Positions 10,369 through 20,722 of a DNA stretch of 64,000 bases are shown piece by piece (position 1 is the stretch's first letter; every line of letters starts with the position of its first letter). Source of the stretch: Terriglobia bacterium. Lineage in GTDB: Bacteria; Acidobacteriota; Terriglobia; 20CM-2-55-15. The position numbers were made by a program, and so were the translations under genes. The DNA is taken from the NCBI GenBank assembly GCA_965218585.1, contig CBDCLE010000002.1, positions 384,001 to 448,000 on the forward strand. The letters run 5' to 3'. The notes beneath the pieces are model-generated. The model was given only the letters and a program-made list of their open reading frames with translations, was not told where the DNA came from and searched no databases.

Positions 10369-11247
10369 CTACCTCAAATAATCAAGCAGCGTCAGCTGCG
10401 AAATCCTGGCTCCAACCGCCAGGGTGGACTGCAAAGCGTTTTGATAAGATTGAAACTCGGTCAGCGTCTGCGTGAGATCGGCCGATTCCAGGTCGACCAG
10501 ACTGGCCTCTCTTGCCAGAGCCAGCGCGCTCATTTCCTGTGAAAGAGAATCCGCCACATTAATCAGGCTGCCAACGCGGCTTCGGCTGACCGAAAGACCC
10601 TCCCATGCGGCCTCGATGGGTTTCAAGGCAGCATCGATATTGCTCTTCGCGCCGGATTTCATCGCGGTAATCAGGTCGGTCATCGCCTTGAAGGCATCGT
10701 TACCTGTACCAAACAACTCGTTCCCCGGAATCTGCGTCTGAAGTGATGTAACGCGCCCTACCTGCACCTTGACAACGTCGGAATTACCCTGATACGTAAC
10801 CACTCCTGCGCCGTCCTTCAGGAAAGGCAGCGTGTCGCCGTCGCTGCCCCAAAAAATAAATCGTCCCTGGAACGAGGTGCTCGCCGTCCCCAGGATCTGC
10901 TCCCGCAAGCCTTCGACTTCGGCAACAAAGGCGTCACTATTCGTCTCGGCTCCAATGGCCGAGAGCGCCAGTGATCGGACACGCTCGACCATGCTCTGAA
11001 GGCTTTCCAGCGCTGTATCGGTGAAGTCCAGACGCGACTTGCCGAACTCGAGATTTCTCTCGTACTGCTCGGCTTCGCTCTTGTCTGCACTGAGGCGAAG
11101 AATGTCGGAGAGACCGCGCGGGTCATCTGACGGACGCAGGATGGCGCGTCCCGTCGACACCTTGTTCTGCGCATCGAGCATCTTGGATTGTGCGCCCTGG
11201 ATATCACGCAGGAAATCGCGAAGCGCCATGCTTTGAGTAACTCTCAT
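10369..11247 (-). CDS. flgL: Hook-associated protein FlgL
   Basis: MRVTQSM...STGRAILRPSDDP...LTLLDYLR. Confidence 0.92.
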   Translation of the reverse strand: MRVTQSMALRDFLRDIQGAQSKMLDAQNKVSTGRAILRPSDDPRGLSDILRLSADKSEAEQYERNLEFGKSRLDFTDTALESLQSMVERVRSLALSAIGAETNSDAFVAEVEGLREQILGTASTSFQGRFIFWGSDGDTLPFLKDGAGVVTYQGNSDVVKVQVGRVTSLQTQIPGNELFGTGNDAFKAMTDLITAMKSGAKSNIDAALKPIEAAWEGLSVSRSRVGSLINVADSLSQEMSALALAREASLVDLESADLTQTLTEFQSYQNALQSTLAVGARISQLTLLDYLR

Positions 11248-12617
11248 CGTCCTATCATCAAAACCGTTTGGAGCAATTCATCAACGATGGCAATCAGGCT
11301 GGCCGACGCCTGAAAGGATCGCTGGAACTGAAGGATCTTCATCGTCTCTTCGTCAATCGAAACCCCGGATGTGGCATCGCGTTGATTCTCGAGCTGGTGG
11401 AGCAGGGCCGAAGCCTGTTCCGATCGTCCCGAAGCGTTGGTCGTGTCCGTTCCCACCGTGAACACCAGACTGCGGTATTGATCCACTACCGAACCGCCCG
11501 TGAACACTTGCTTGTGAAGCAGGTTCCCTATGTCGGTTGCGGCATCATTGTCGGTGCCGGCCACCAGTTTGGCCGTAGCGATCTTGGTCAGGTCCGTTGA
11601 AATCGCAGAGTTCAACTTCATTTTCCGGGCGGCGTCGCTGGCCGAGGTCAGAGGATCGAAAAAGTTGACACCTGTGTTGCCGCTCCGGTCGTAGGAAACC
11701 GAATGGATCGCGTTGACCTGCTGTGTGATTTCGTACGCAAATTGATCCAGTTTCGTCAGATAGTCGGGAACAAATTTGTCCCGAGCCTGCTGCTGGGCAT
11801 AGATCCGGCCCGACGTCAGGGTGCTTCCGATGTCCATGGACCCCAGCTTCACCGCGACGAAGCCACTGGCTCCGGACGAGTCTGCGATTAGGGGAGAGGT
11901 ACGACCATCGAAAACAAGCAGGGTGCCACCGACTGCGAGTTGATAGTCCTGGCCGCTGGTCATCTCCCTTACGCTGATGTACTTGGCGATCTCTTTGACC
12001 AACTGGCCGCGCCGGGTTCGCAGGTCGTGAGCCGTGTGCCCCCCCGCCTCCTGAATCCGAATCTCGCCCGACAAGCTCGCGACCTGTTCCGCCAGGACAT
12101 TGATCGTGTTGATGTTATCGATAATTGTCTGGTCTGCAAGGCTCTGAACCCGCCTCAGTTCTTCTCCCCGAACCGTGAAACTCCGGCTAAGGTCGGCGGC
12201 GGCGCCCCGAACCTGTTCCCTGAAGTTGGTCGAGGAAGGATCCAATGCGAGGGACTGGAACGAGTTGAAGAAATCGGTGATCGCCGGCAACATGCCCGTG
12301 TCGGCCACGTCGTTGAATAGTATTTCAATCTCTCGAAGTGTCGTATGCAACGCATCATCGCCTGAAAAGTTGGAAAATTCCTGCTGTAGCCGCGTTTCCA
12401 GCAACCGGTCTCGCATGGATTCGACCCTGACCGTTTCAACGCCGCTGCCGGAGAGAAACTTATCGCCCTGGTTCAACGAGGGCTGAACAACGAGACGCTG
12501 CTTGGCATAGCCGGGAGTCGTCTCGTTCGCGATGTTGTTCGACGCAACGTTCAGCGACTGCTGCGCCGCTTCCATCGAACTCAAGGCCGAATGAAGTACT
12601 GAGGTGATTCCGGACAT
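11244..12617 (-). CDS. flgK: Hook-associated protein FlgK
   Basis: SNNIANETTPGYAKQR...SGVSIDEETMKILQFQRSFQASA. Confidence 0.95.
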   Translation of the reverse strand: MSGITSVLHSALSSMEAAQQSLNVASNNIANETTPGYAKQRLVVQPSLNQGDKFLSGSGVETVRVESMRDRLLETRLQQEFSNFSGDDALHTTLREIEILFNDVADTGMLPAITDFFNSFQSLALDPSSTNFREQVRGAAADLSRSFTVRGEELRRVQSLADQTIIDNINTINVLAEQVASLSGEIRIQEAGGHTAHDLRTRRGQLVKEIAKYISVREMTSGQDYQLAVGGTLLVFDGRTSPLIADSSGASGFVAVKLGSMDIGSTLTSGRIYAQQQARDKFVPDYLTKLDQFAYEITQQVNAIHSVSYDRSGNTGVNFFDPLTSASDAARKMKLNSAISTDLTKIATAKLVAGTDNDAATDIGNLLHKQVFTGGSVVDQYRSLVFTVGTDTTNASGRSEQASALLHQLENQRDATSGVSIDEETMKILQFQRSFQASASLIAIVDELLQTVLMIGR

Positions 12618-12621
12618 TTCT

Positions 12622-12957
12622 CTATCCCTGCACCGTCAGGCGCTGCTTCGGGCCGTCTTCACTAACGCCCTCTGCGGTATAGCCTTGCTCGATCAGTGCA
12701 AAGTAAGGTGAAATCGAGATGAGATTGAGAAGAAGAGCGAAATTGAGTTGCGTTTTCTGTGCAAGGGCAACAACACTCTCACGCGACAACGAGGATTTTT
12801 CCAGGGTTCCCAGAGAAACCAGATGCGTCTGTTCGGCGGCGGCTGTCTCGTAAGAGTCTGCGTCGAACTCGAGCAGAGCTACGTTTTTTACCGCTTCCAG
12901 CTCGAGCAATCGTTCAAGCAGCTCGTTCCCTGAAAGGGGAGCGGAAGGTTCATTCAT
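12622..12957 (-). CDS. Probable FlgN-like export chaperone
   Basis: Helical 111 aa ORF between flgM and flgK (synteny), with a C-terminal GY motif. Confidence 0.55.
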   Translation of the reverse strand: MNEPSAPLSGNELLERLLELEAVKNVALLEFDADSYETAAAEQTHLVSLGTLEKSSLSRESVVALAQKTQLNFALLLNLISISPYFALIEQGYTAEGVSEDGPKQRLTVQG

Positions 12958-13100
12958 CTCAGTTCTCTCTTCGGTCCAGGCATCGGAGCGGTGGGTGATC
13001 CACTCTATTCCAATGCCATATCTCGTACCGCCCTCGGGCGGACTCACTCGTTAAGGTCGTTCCTAAAGCTGTTCACTGTCGGGAAGGGGCGATCTCCCAA

Positions 13101-13406
13101 CTATTTCTTATGCGCCCCGATAATCTTGTTCGCTATGTCTTCTCCCGATACTCTGTAAGTCCCGTTCTGAATGGCCTCTCGAACCTGGTTTATCCGAGCG
13201 GCGCGATCTCCGGTCTGGCCAGCCAACTGGGAAAGGCGCCCGATCTCCCTGGCTTTCGATGACAGGGCTACCGAGTCGTCCCGGGTCGGCGTTGAAGTTC
13301 CGTCTGGTCTGACGGCTCCGTCCTTGCCACGCGCTTCCTGCGCCTTGTCCAAGGAGGGATGATTGTCTATCCCGTGATTGGTGACACTAATTCGGTCAAT
13401 ACTCAT
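13101..13406 (-). CDS. flgM: Anti-sigma-28 factor FlgM
   Basis: DSVALSSKA...RAARINQVREAIQNGTYRVSGEDIANKI. Confidence 0.92.
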   Translation of the reverse strand: MSIDRISVTNHGIDNHPSLDKAQEARGKDGAVRPDGTSTPTRDDSVALSSKAREIGRLSQLAGQTGDRAARINQVREAIQNGTYRVSGEDIANKIIGAHKK

Positions 13407-13548
13407 AACAAGCTCCTGGCCAATTACTTATGGCCGTGTCTTAGCTGACCAAACCGCTTCGTACGCGATTGGTCGACCCTCCATGGAAGCTCTATTGGGT
13501 CGAAACGTCCTTGTTCCGAACCTCGGGCATAATCTGCCTCTACGTATC

Positions 13549-13576
13549 TGATCGGCAAAAGGGCCAAACATCTTTA
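13549..13576 (-). promoter_or_regulatory. Sigma-28 (FliA) promoter upstream of flgM
   Basis: TAAA-N16-GCCGATCA on the minus strand. Confidence 0.8.
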
Positions 13577-13597
13577 GCAATTCCGGTGAGGAAGTCG

Positions 13598-14254
13598 TCA
13601 TTCCGTCACCTCAAAATGAACGTGCGGCCCCGTAGATCGGCCGGTCGACCCGACCTGGGCGATGACCTCACCCTGCCGGACACGGTCACCGACCTTTACA
13701 TGATTCACCAAGTTGTGTGCATAGAGCATCTTACGTCCGTCATCGACCTCGACCACAACCGCGTTCCCATAACCGCCTTTCTTGCCGCTTTCGACGACCC
13801 GTCCGCTGCTCACGGCCTGAATCGGAGTTCCGTTGGGAGCGGCGATGTCAGTTCCCCGGTGGTATCGCACTTCACCCGTAATCGGATCCCGTCGCCATCC
13901 CTCCGGTGAACTCACCCGGCCGTTAACGGGAAGCGATCTCGCACTGGTGCTCTCGGCGACAGGCACAGCTGTCGCAGCGGTAGCCGACCGTTCCCGGATC
14001 GCCTTCTCCAGTTCCTGGACCAGCGGACCGTCCAGATCGTTGGACATGGCAATGGCCAGTTCCTGTCTCAGCATGCCTCTGTAAATGTCTGAAGTGGAAG
14101 AATCTCCGTAGAGACCGCCTTCGGCCTCGACGCTGTCTTCCATGGTCTTGAGCAGCACCTCCATGAACATCGCCTGGACCTGACTGGCAATCTCCTTAGG
14201 GCCCATCTCCCCGGCTTGAACCTGGTTGGTTATGCTGCTGATATCAAGGTCCAT
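13598..14254 (-). CDS. flgJ: FlgJ-type rod-binding domain fused to an M23 peptidase
   Basis: N-terminal QAMFMEVLLKTM...IYRGML; C-terminal HRGTD...YAHN...GRSTGPHVHFEV; directly downstream of flgI. Confidence 0.8.
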   Translation of the reverse strand: MDLDISSITNQVQAGEMGPKEIASQVQAMFMEVLLKTMEDSVEAEGGLYGDSSTSDIYRGMLRQELAIAMSNDLDGPLVQELEKAIRERSATAATAVPVAESTSARSLPVNGRVSSPEGWRRDPITGEVRYHRGTDIAAPNGTPIQAVSSGRVVESGKKGGYGNAVVVEVDDGRKMLYAHNLVNHVKVGDRVRQGEVIAQVGSTGRSTGPHVHFEVTE

Positions 14255-14272
14255 AGCTTCCTACGCTTTCAG

Positions 14273-17200
14273 CTAAATGATCTCCAGAGCGGCCTGAAGT
14301 GCGCCCGCCGCCTTGAGAGCTTCAAGGATGGCGATGGTGTCACGCGGCGTAACTCCCAGTGCGTTCAGGGCTCCAATCAAATCGTCTACGGTGGCACCGT
14401 CGGAAAGCGTTACGAATCCGCTCTGTTCTTCCTCAACGGTAATCTGCTGCTGCGGCGTAATTACCGTCTGGCCCTGTGAAAACCCTTGTGGTTGAGACAC
14501 ATCGAACTGCGTCTCAATCTGAATACTCAGGTTCCCGTGAGCAATGGACACTGGCGAAATACGAACCTCACTGCCGATTACAACCGTTCCTGTTCTCTCG
14601 TTGACCACGACTCGCGCTTCAGTGTCAATCTCGACCGTAACAGCTTCAATCGCTGTAGAGTCGAAAGTGGTCGGGCAGAGCCGCCCTTCCACCGTCCGCT
14701 CAATCAAACGGCTCGTGCAGTTTTCCCGCAAGCCGCTTTCCTCAGTTGCTCCTCGCTCGAAGTCACCGGTCCACAAGACCGGGGATCAGATGCGTCAGTC
14801 GGACCAAACCAAACTCCCGAATCAGTCGTCGTGCCGGATAGCGGCGCCACATCGTATTGCGCCACCGTTTCGCGAGAAACGAGTGGATACGGCGCTCGAT
14901 CCAACGGTCCAACTGGTTAAAGAGTCGGCGCACCCGCGCTTTGCGGTAGTAGTTCCCCCAACCACGAATCACTGGGTTGAGCTGGTCGATGACTTCGCCC
15001 AGCGTGAGGGGAGCCTTTCGGCGCGAGAGGTGTCGGATTTGCGTCCGGAACCTCTCCACCGACTTTTCCCGTGGAATGGCGTACAGGTTATAGGGATGCA
15101 TTCCGCGACCCTGCCTCTGTGTATCGGACAGGCGCAGGCCTTTCCCTTGCTTCACCTTGTACCCCAAGAACTCGAAGCCCTGTCGGACGTGTACAATCCG
15201 CGTCTTCTTCGGATGGAGCCGAACTCCAAGTGCCTCCCAGAGAAACCGCTCTGCACATGCGAGTGCCTGCCGGGCTTCCGACGGTGTCCTGCAGACCACC
15301 ACGAAGTCGTCCGCCCAGCGTGTGAGTCTGTAACCTTGTCGGGTCATCTCACGGTCAAACGGCGTCAGAAAGATGTTTGACCACAACGGACTGGCCACTC
15401 CCCCTTGGGGAACTCCCGTCCGCGTGGGTTGCCAGCAACCTCCGTCCAACACCCCCGAACCCAGGATGACCCGGATCAGTCCCAGTACTCGGCCGTCGCT
15501 GATCTCTTCGGCAATTAAGTCGAGGAGCTTCTCCTGGTCAATCGTGTCGAAGAACTGCCGCAAGTCGGCATCAACTACCCATAGGTCTCCCTCGCCCAGA
15601 GCTCTACCCATACTTTCCGCATCGCATCGTGAGGCGAACGCCCCTTGCGATACCCGAATGAGCAGTCCAGAAACAGCGGCTCGAAGATCGGTTCCATCCG
15701 CTGGACCAGTGCCTGCTGACATACCCGATCCATCACGGCCGGTATCCCCAGCTTTCGCACTCCTCCGTCGGACTTCCCGATCTCGACTCGCTTAACCGGC
15801 TTGGGGCGATAACTGCCATCTCGCAGTCTTTGATGCAACAAGGCCAGATATTCCTCCTTGCGCGTTTCAAACTGCTCAACGGTCACCTTGTCGATGCCCG
15901 CACTACCTCGGTTCCGCTTCACCTTCTCCCAGGCCAACTCCAGATTCTTGCGACTAAACACCTTGTCGATCAGCGAGTGGACCTTTCGCTTCTTTCCCTG
16001 TTTGCTTTCCAATGTCGCTGTGTGGTGACGGGCGGCGGCTTCGTCCGAATCGCGTTTGGGTCTTTCACTAAGGGAACTGTCCAAGGTCACGATACCTCCG
16101 CCTTTCCCTCGCTCGCACAATCACAACTGAGTACAGGGACTTCCCCCTCCAACGGGCCTTTTGAACCCGCCAGCGCCGCTGCTTGAAGCAACGATCCGAG
16201 ACCTTATGTTCGGTGTCTCGTTCCTGAGTACTATTCCCTGATCCGATTCCTGGCACCGCGTCGGCCGGAACTTCGCTCTCGCTTATATCCGCACCTACCT
16301 TGCGGGGCTCTAGGTCGATGTTTGTCTTCTCCGTTGCCCGCCCTTTCGTCTGCGGGTGCCACACCATCTCGACCTTACCTTCCGCCCGGACAATACCAGG
16401 CCTCCCTGGGTCACTCGTGTCTCTTCTCCACCGTGTCGCCCGCACACACCTTGGTGCGATGGGGGGGAACCAATGTGCCTTCGCCCCCATAGTGCGGGCT
16501 CGACCATTCCCCATCTTTGGCCGACCGGTTCATCCTCGGGATCGCTCCCGTCGATTACGACCCGGTGGTTCTCCTCATGCCCTTCAGACCCCACCTCGCG
16601 GTGGGCGCCCTGCCCTCCAAAGTTTCCGTAGGTGAATCCAGCTCTGTCTTGGCCGTATCCGGCTTTCGCCTTCGTGCCCGTTTAGGCATTTGCATACCCG
16701 CCTACACTTCGGCCAGTGAGGCATTACCCCCACTTATTGGATATCGACCCGTGGCCTCGGGCCGAGCAGGACTTTAACCCGCCGGAAACGCGTGCTGCCA
16801 GGCACGCGCTATGAATTCGATCGGCCGGCGCTGAAAATCAGCCGGAACTGCCAAGCGGACCGAACGCGAATCTAATGGTTGTGCAATTGGTCCGCCAAAG
16901 GCGGTGTTGACCGCTTCGGTAACCCGAGTGGCATTGGTAAAGTCCGCCCTGTCAAGGATCAACTCCAGTGTTTGCACCACTTCGGGCATCCCCGTAACGA
17001 CTGTCTGTTCGACCGTCGCACCGTTCGGAATCCGCCCGACTGTCGGATGATTGACACTGACGCTGTTGTTGTCGTTGCCGGCAGAGAAACCACCCAGAAC
17101 GAGCGGGCCCTGCGACATCGCATAGACGTTGCCGTCCGGACCGAGTAGCGGAGTCTGAAGCAAAATGCCACCCTGAAGGCTTTCGGCATCGCCAATAGAA

Positions 17201-17547
17201 GAAACGGTGACGTCGATCTGCGAACCCGTCCTGGAAAAAGCTGGCAAGTCGGACGTGACCATGACCGCGGCGATGTTCTGAACCCGAATCGCCGAGTTAT
17301 TCATCGTCAATCCAAACCGTTCGAGCATGTTGATCAGGGTCTGGTTCGTGAAGAAAGTCTGCTGCCGATCACCCGTCCCGTTCAGGCCGATAACCAGGCC
17401 ATAGCCGATCAGAGAGTTGCCTCTGACACCGGCGATATGGCTGATGTCCTTCAGCCGCGAGGTCGCCGCTGGGGCTGGGCCGGCAAAACTCAGCAAGAGA
17501 ACAGCCGCGATAATCCGTGCCCACATCTGTTGACGCTTTACTTTCAT
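14273..17547 (-). CDS. flgI: Flagellar P-ring protein FlgI, split by a group II intron (exons 17547-16808 and 14654-14273; 373 aa if spliced)
   Basis: RLKDI...GVRGNSLIGYGLVIGLNGTGD in exon 1; ARVVVNERTGTVVIG...LEALKAAGALQA in exon 2; the junction restores ...IEFIA-AIEAV in frame. Confidence 0.92.
14655..16807 (-). mobile_element. Group II intron (~2153 nt)
   Basis: 5' GCGTG; domain V AAGCGGCTTGCGGGAAAACTGCACGAGCCGTTT (14705-14738) with AGC triad; domain VI ending CGACTCTAC; internal RT/maturase; removal restores the flgI frame. Confidence 0.92.
14763..16090 (-). pseudogene. ltrA: Group II intron reverse transcriptase/maturase, +2 frameshift near 15600, no endonuclease domain
   Basis: AWEKVKRNRGSAGID, RKLGIPAVMDR, SFGYRKGRS | WVVDADLRQFFD, GVPQGGVASP, RWADDF, FEFLGY, LNPVIRGWGNYY; extra CT in GAGCTCTGGGC. 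Confidence 0.88.
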
Positions 17548-17563
17548 AATTAGAGACCCCTAG

Positions 17564-19113
17564 GAGCCTGCGCCGTAGGACGATTTTCGACTCGGCGAAT
17601 TTCGCGATATGGCGATTGATCGGTATCGGTGACCGGGGAATGGGCGTTTTGGACGACGAGGCGCCGATGGGTGCGCCACGGGTGCTTGAATCGACCCTCG
17701 TTCGGCCTGATTTGCGGGCGGTATCCCTGTCATCAGGCTGCCTGAAGCCCCTGCATCCGCTTGACGTTCAATGCCAGACACACCAAGTTCCACTCGCCCT
17801 GGACCTTGTTCAGGCCGCGCAGGCTGAATCGGCGGAAGCCGAGCACCTCCTTGATCCACCCGTTGGGCGCCTCCGACAGCCATTTGCGCTGGGCGTACTG
17901 CACCCGTCCCGCCTCCATCGACAGCTTCTCGGCCATGCGGGCCTTCGCCGGATGCCTGGCGGCGTCTACCGCGACCGCGCGCCGGCCCTCCCGGCCCAAG
18001 GCCACATAGCCGTCCACGCCGCGCGCCTCCAGCGCCTCCAGGTCGTCCTCGTTGCAGTAGCCCGCATCCGCCAGCACCGTCTCGGGCCGTTCCCCATGGG
18101 TGGCCTCCACCTCGTCCACCAACGGGACCAGCCGACCCTGGTCGCTGGCGTTCGACGACACCTCGGTGGCGACGATCAACTGCTTCTCTCCCTCCACCGC
18201 CACCTGCGCGTTGTAGCACTGCTGAAAACCCTCCGATGAGGTCTTCATGATCCGGCTTTCGGGATCGGTGAAGTTGTCCTGCGCCTTCTCGTCCGGCTCG
18301 CCGTATTCCCGCTTGTAGGGCCGCCCGCTCTTCCGGTTGCGCTTCGAACCGGGCTCGCGTCCCCGCGCCTCGTCGGCCTCCCGTTGCCTGGCCTCCAATC
18401 GCGCCCTGGCCGCCCGGATCGCCGCCAGCCGATCCTCCCGGCGGCGCAACTCCTCGGGTAACTCATCGCCGCGATGCGCCTCCCCGAAACGCGCGTCCTC
18501 CGCCGCATCGGTCTCCCGCGCGCGCGACAGCAACGCTTCGATCTCGCCCTCCAGGCGCCGCTCCTCCTCCTGCATCCGACCGTAACTCATCGCCTTGCGC
18601 TTGCTGGCATTGGCTCGAACCTTCGTCCCGTCGATCGACAACTTGCCGAAGTTCCCAACCCCGGTCTCGCGCGCCAGACCGACCACCTCCACAAACAGCG
18701 CCTTGAAATCCGACAAATGACGCCGGCGAAACTCGCAAATCGTCCGATGGCTCGGAAAATTCCCCGCCGCCAACACCCGAAATGCCACGTCCTCCTCCAG
18801 CTTCCGCGCCAGCCCTCGGGACGAAAACACCCCCGTCGCGTACCCGTAGATCAGCACCTTCGCCATCATCCGCGGCTCATACGGCGACTTGCGACGACCG
18901 TCCCCCTCGTAAGGCGCGTAAAACGCCGTCAAGTCCAATCCGTCCACCAGATCGCTCACATGGTGTGCCAAGTGCCCCTCCGGCAACCAATCCCGTATAT
19001 CCGGCGCCAGCAGCAACCCCTGCTCCGGCTGGTACGGGCGAAACGTCGTCGGCATCGCATTCTCCTCCTAACTGCGACACTATTATCTCATTCACTTCCT
19101 ACGGCGCAGGCTC
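17564..19113 (-). mobile_element. IS1182-family element with 17 bp perfect TIRs and a CTAG duplication
   Basis: GAGCCTGCGCCGTAGGA (17564-17580) / TCCTACGGCGCAGGCTC (19097-19113); CTAG at 17560-17563 and 19114-19117. Confidence 0.93.
17733..19055 (-). CDS. IS1182-family transposase
   Basis: DWLPEGHLAH, YEPRMMAKVLIYGY...SSRGL, IDGTKVRANAS, NFTDPESRIMK, YNAQVAV, ADAGY, GFRRFSLRGL. Confidence 0.93.
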   Translation of the reverse strand: MPTTFRPYQPEQGLLLAPDIRDWLPEGHLAHHVSDLVDGLDLTAFYAPYEGDGRRKSPYEPRMMAKVLIYGYATGVFSSRGLARKLEEDVAFRVLAAGNFPSHRTICEFRRRHLSDFKALFVEVVGLARETGVGNFGKLSIDGTKVRANASKRKAMSYGRMQEEERRLEGEIEALLSRARETDAAEDARFGEAHRGDELPEELRRREDRLAAIRAARARLEARQREADEARGREPGSKRNRKSGRPYKREYGEPDEKAQDNFTDPESRIMKTSSEGFQQCYNAQVAVEGEKQLIVATEVSSNASDQGRLVPLVDEVEATHGERPETVLADAGYCNEDDLEALEARGVDGYVALGREGRRAVAVDAARHPAKARMAEKLSMEAGRVQYAQRKWLSEAPNGWIKEVLGFRRFSLRGLNKVQGEWNLVCLALNVKRMQGLQAA

Positions 19114-19812
19114 CTAGAACGGCGAAATCAGTTGGAACAGTTTGTAGAAGAAGCCGGGTTCGTTGGCGTCTGTCACAACACCCTGTCCGTCGAACTTGAC
19201 CTCCATATGGGCGATCGAACTGGACAGCACGATGTTATAAGGACTCACGTCGCGTGACCGGACCACCCCGCGGAGAGTCAGGTTGTGACTTTCCTGGTTG
19301 ATCGTCACCTGCTTGGTGCCTTCGAGCACCAGGTCGCCGTTCGGCAGCCGTTCCACAACCCGCGCCGAAAGGGACGCGGTCAGCGTTCCGCTGCGTGAGG
19401 TCGTCCCCTGACCGGAGAATGACAGATCGGAAAGACCCTGAAGAATACTGGCGAAATTCAGGGCCGACGCACCGCCCTCCAGTCCGAAGAACGAAGGTGC
19501 CGAAGCGTTGGTTTCCCCGTTTTGATCCGTCGACGTATTTGCCGAATTCGACGCCGATGCGCTCTCAAGAATCTGAATCGTCACGATGTCGTTGACGTTC
19601 CGAGCTTTCACATCGACAAAGAGAAACAGGTTCGAGGCCGAGTGCGAAAACAGCGACGGGCCGACGGCTGCCGGCTCCCTTCCACCTGCCCTTGCCTGTC
19701 TCAGATACTCTTCAAGAGGAGAAATTTTGAAATCCTCGTCATAGCCCTGACCGGCGACTTGCATCGGCAACGCCAGAACAAGGAGCAGCATTGCGATCAT
19801 GATTTGCTTCAT
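19114..19812 (-). CDS. flgH: Flagellar L-ring protein FlgH
   Basis: DVKARNVNDIVTIQI...LPNGDLVLEGTK...GVVRSRDV...ISPF. Confidence 0.93.
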   Translation of the reverse strand: MKQIMIAMLLLVLALPMQVAGQGYDEDFKISPLEEYLRQARAGGREPAAVGPSLFSHSASNLFLFVDVKARNVNDIVTIQILESASASNSANTSTDQNGETNASAPSFFGLEGGASALNFASILQGLSDLSFSGQGTTSRSGTLTASLSARVVERLPNGDLVLEGTKQVTINQESHNLTLRGVVRSRDVSPYNIVLSSSIAHMEVKFDGQGVVTDANEPGFFYKLFQLISPF

Positions 19813-20705
19813 TGGCGTCCCCCCACGAGCGCTTCAACCCGGCCCTGGCCCGTAACCCGGGCCGCCGCCTGACCAGTTCCATTAAGGTGTTCGACAATAA
19901 TCGTTTCTCCATACTCGCCAGCCGAGCGTGCCTTCATCATCGCTGAGATGGTGATGCCACCGACCGAAGCTACAACGGTAACTGCGTCGCCGCGGCGGAC
20001 CAGTACCGGCGAATAGAGCTGCCGCGAAGTCAGGACCTGTCCCGCCTCGAGATCCTGTTTGGCGAGCATGCCGCGAATCTGATCGAGTGACCCGACAGGC
20101 CCAACAGCGCCATCCAGCGCAGCAAACTGCCACTTCACGTCGTTCTCAAGTATCGAAGAGTGCGCCCGCACCGGGCGTTGCAATATCGGTTGAGGAATCT
20201 CGATCTCTACTCGTGTCTGCACATAGATCGAGCGGGCAAAGCCGTTGCCGCGAACGTCGAGCCGTGCTGAAATCCGACCGTTTGGATTGATGTTCACCGG
20301 GAGTGAACCGGACAGAGCAACCTCACCCGTCGAAGTCTCCATCGGCGGAATGATCATTTCCTGAATCTCGATCCGGCCTTCCGGAAAACGGCGTTCGAAG
20401 AGTTCCCGGACGAAAAGCCTGACGCGCCGGGCATCCAACTGGGCCGACTCGCGTCGGATAAGAACAGAATCCGGAAGGTTCAGATCTTCCGTTCTCAAAC
20501 CACTGACCCGCAGCTTACCCAGAATTTCATAGTCGTGAATCCGCCGTGCCAAGCCCGGATTCGGAGCCTGTCCAAGCAGAACGGTAGAGCGCAGGTCACC
20601 TTCAGCGAACTCAATGAGATCTCCAAGAAGGATCGTATCTTTGTCGAGACTCAGTTCTGCCGGCGCAGTCAAGCAACAGAGAAGGGTCAATGCAAATGCA
20701 ATCAT
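19809..20705 (-). CDS. flgA: P-ring chaperone FlgA
   Basis: Signal peptide and SAF-like C-terminus LVRRGDAVTV...GEYGETI; synteny flgG-flgA-flgH. Confidence 0.85.
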   Translation of the reverse strand: MIAFALTLLCCLTAPAELSLDKDTILLGDLIEFAEGDLRSTVLLGQAPNPGLARRIHDYEILGKLRVSGLRTEDLNLPDSVLIRRESAQLDARRVRLFVRELFERRFPEGRIEIQEMIIPPMETSTGEVALSGSLPVNINPNGRISARLDVRGNGFARSIYVQTRVEIEIPQPILQRPVRAHSSILENDVKWQFAALDGAVGPVGSLDQIRGMLAKQDLEAGQVLTSRQLYSPVLVRRGDAVTVVASVGGITISAMMKARSAGEYGETIIVEHLNGTGQAAARVTGQGRVEALVGGRQ

Positions 20706-20722
20706 CTCAAATCTCCATTCAA

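Noticed and set aside
14763-16090. RT as a retron, DGR or defence RT
   Set aside because: Domain V/VI, the maturase X domain and precise exon restoration identify it as a group II intron.
16068-16777. Small ORFs inside the intron 5' region
   Set aside because: They overlap ribozyme domains I-III and show no protein motifs.
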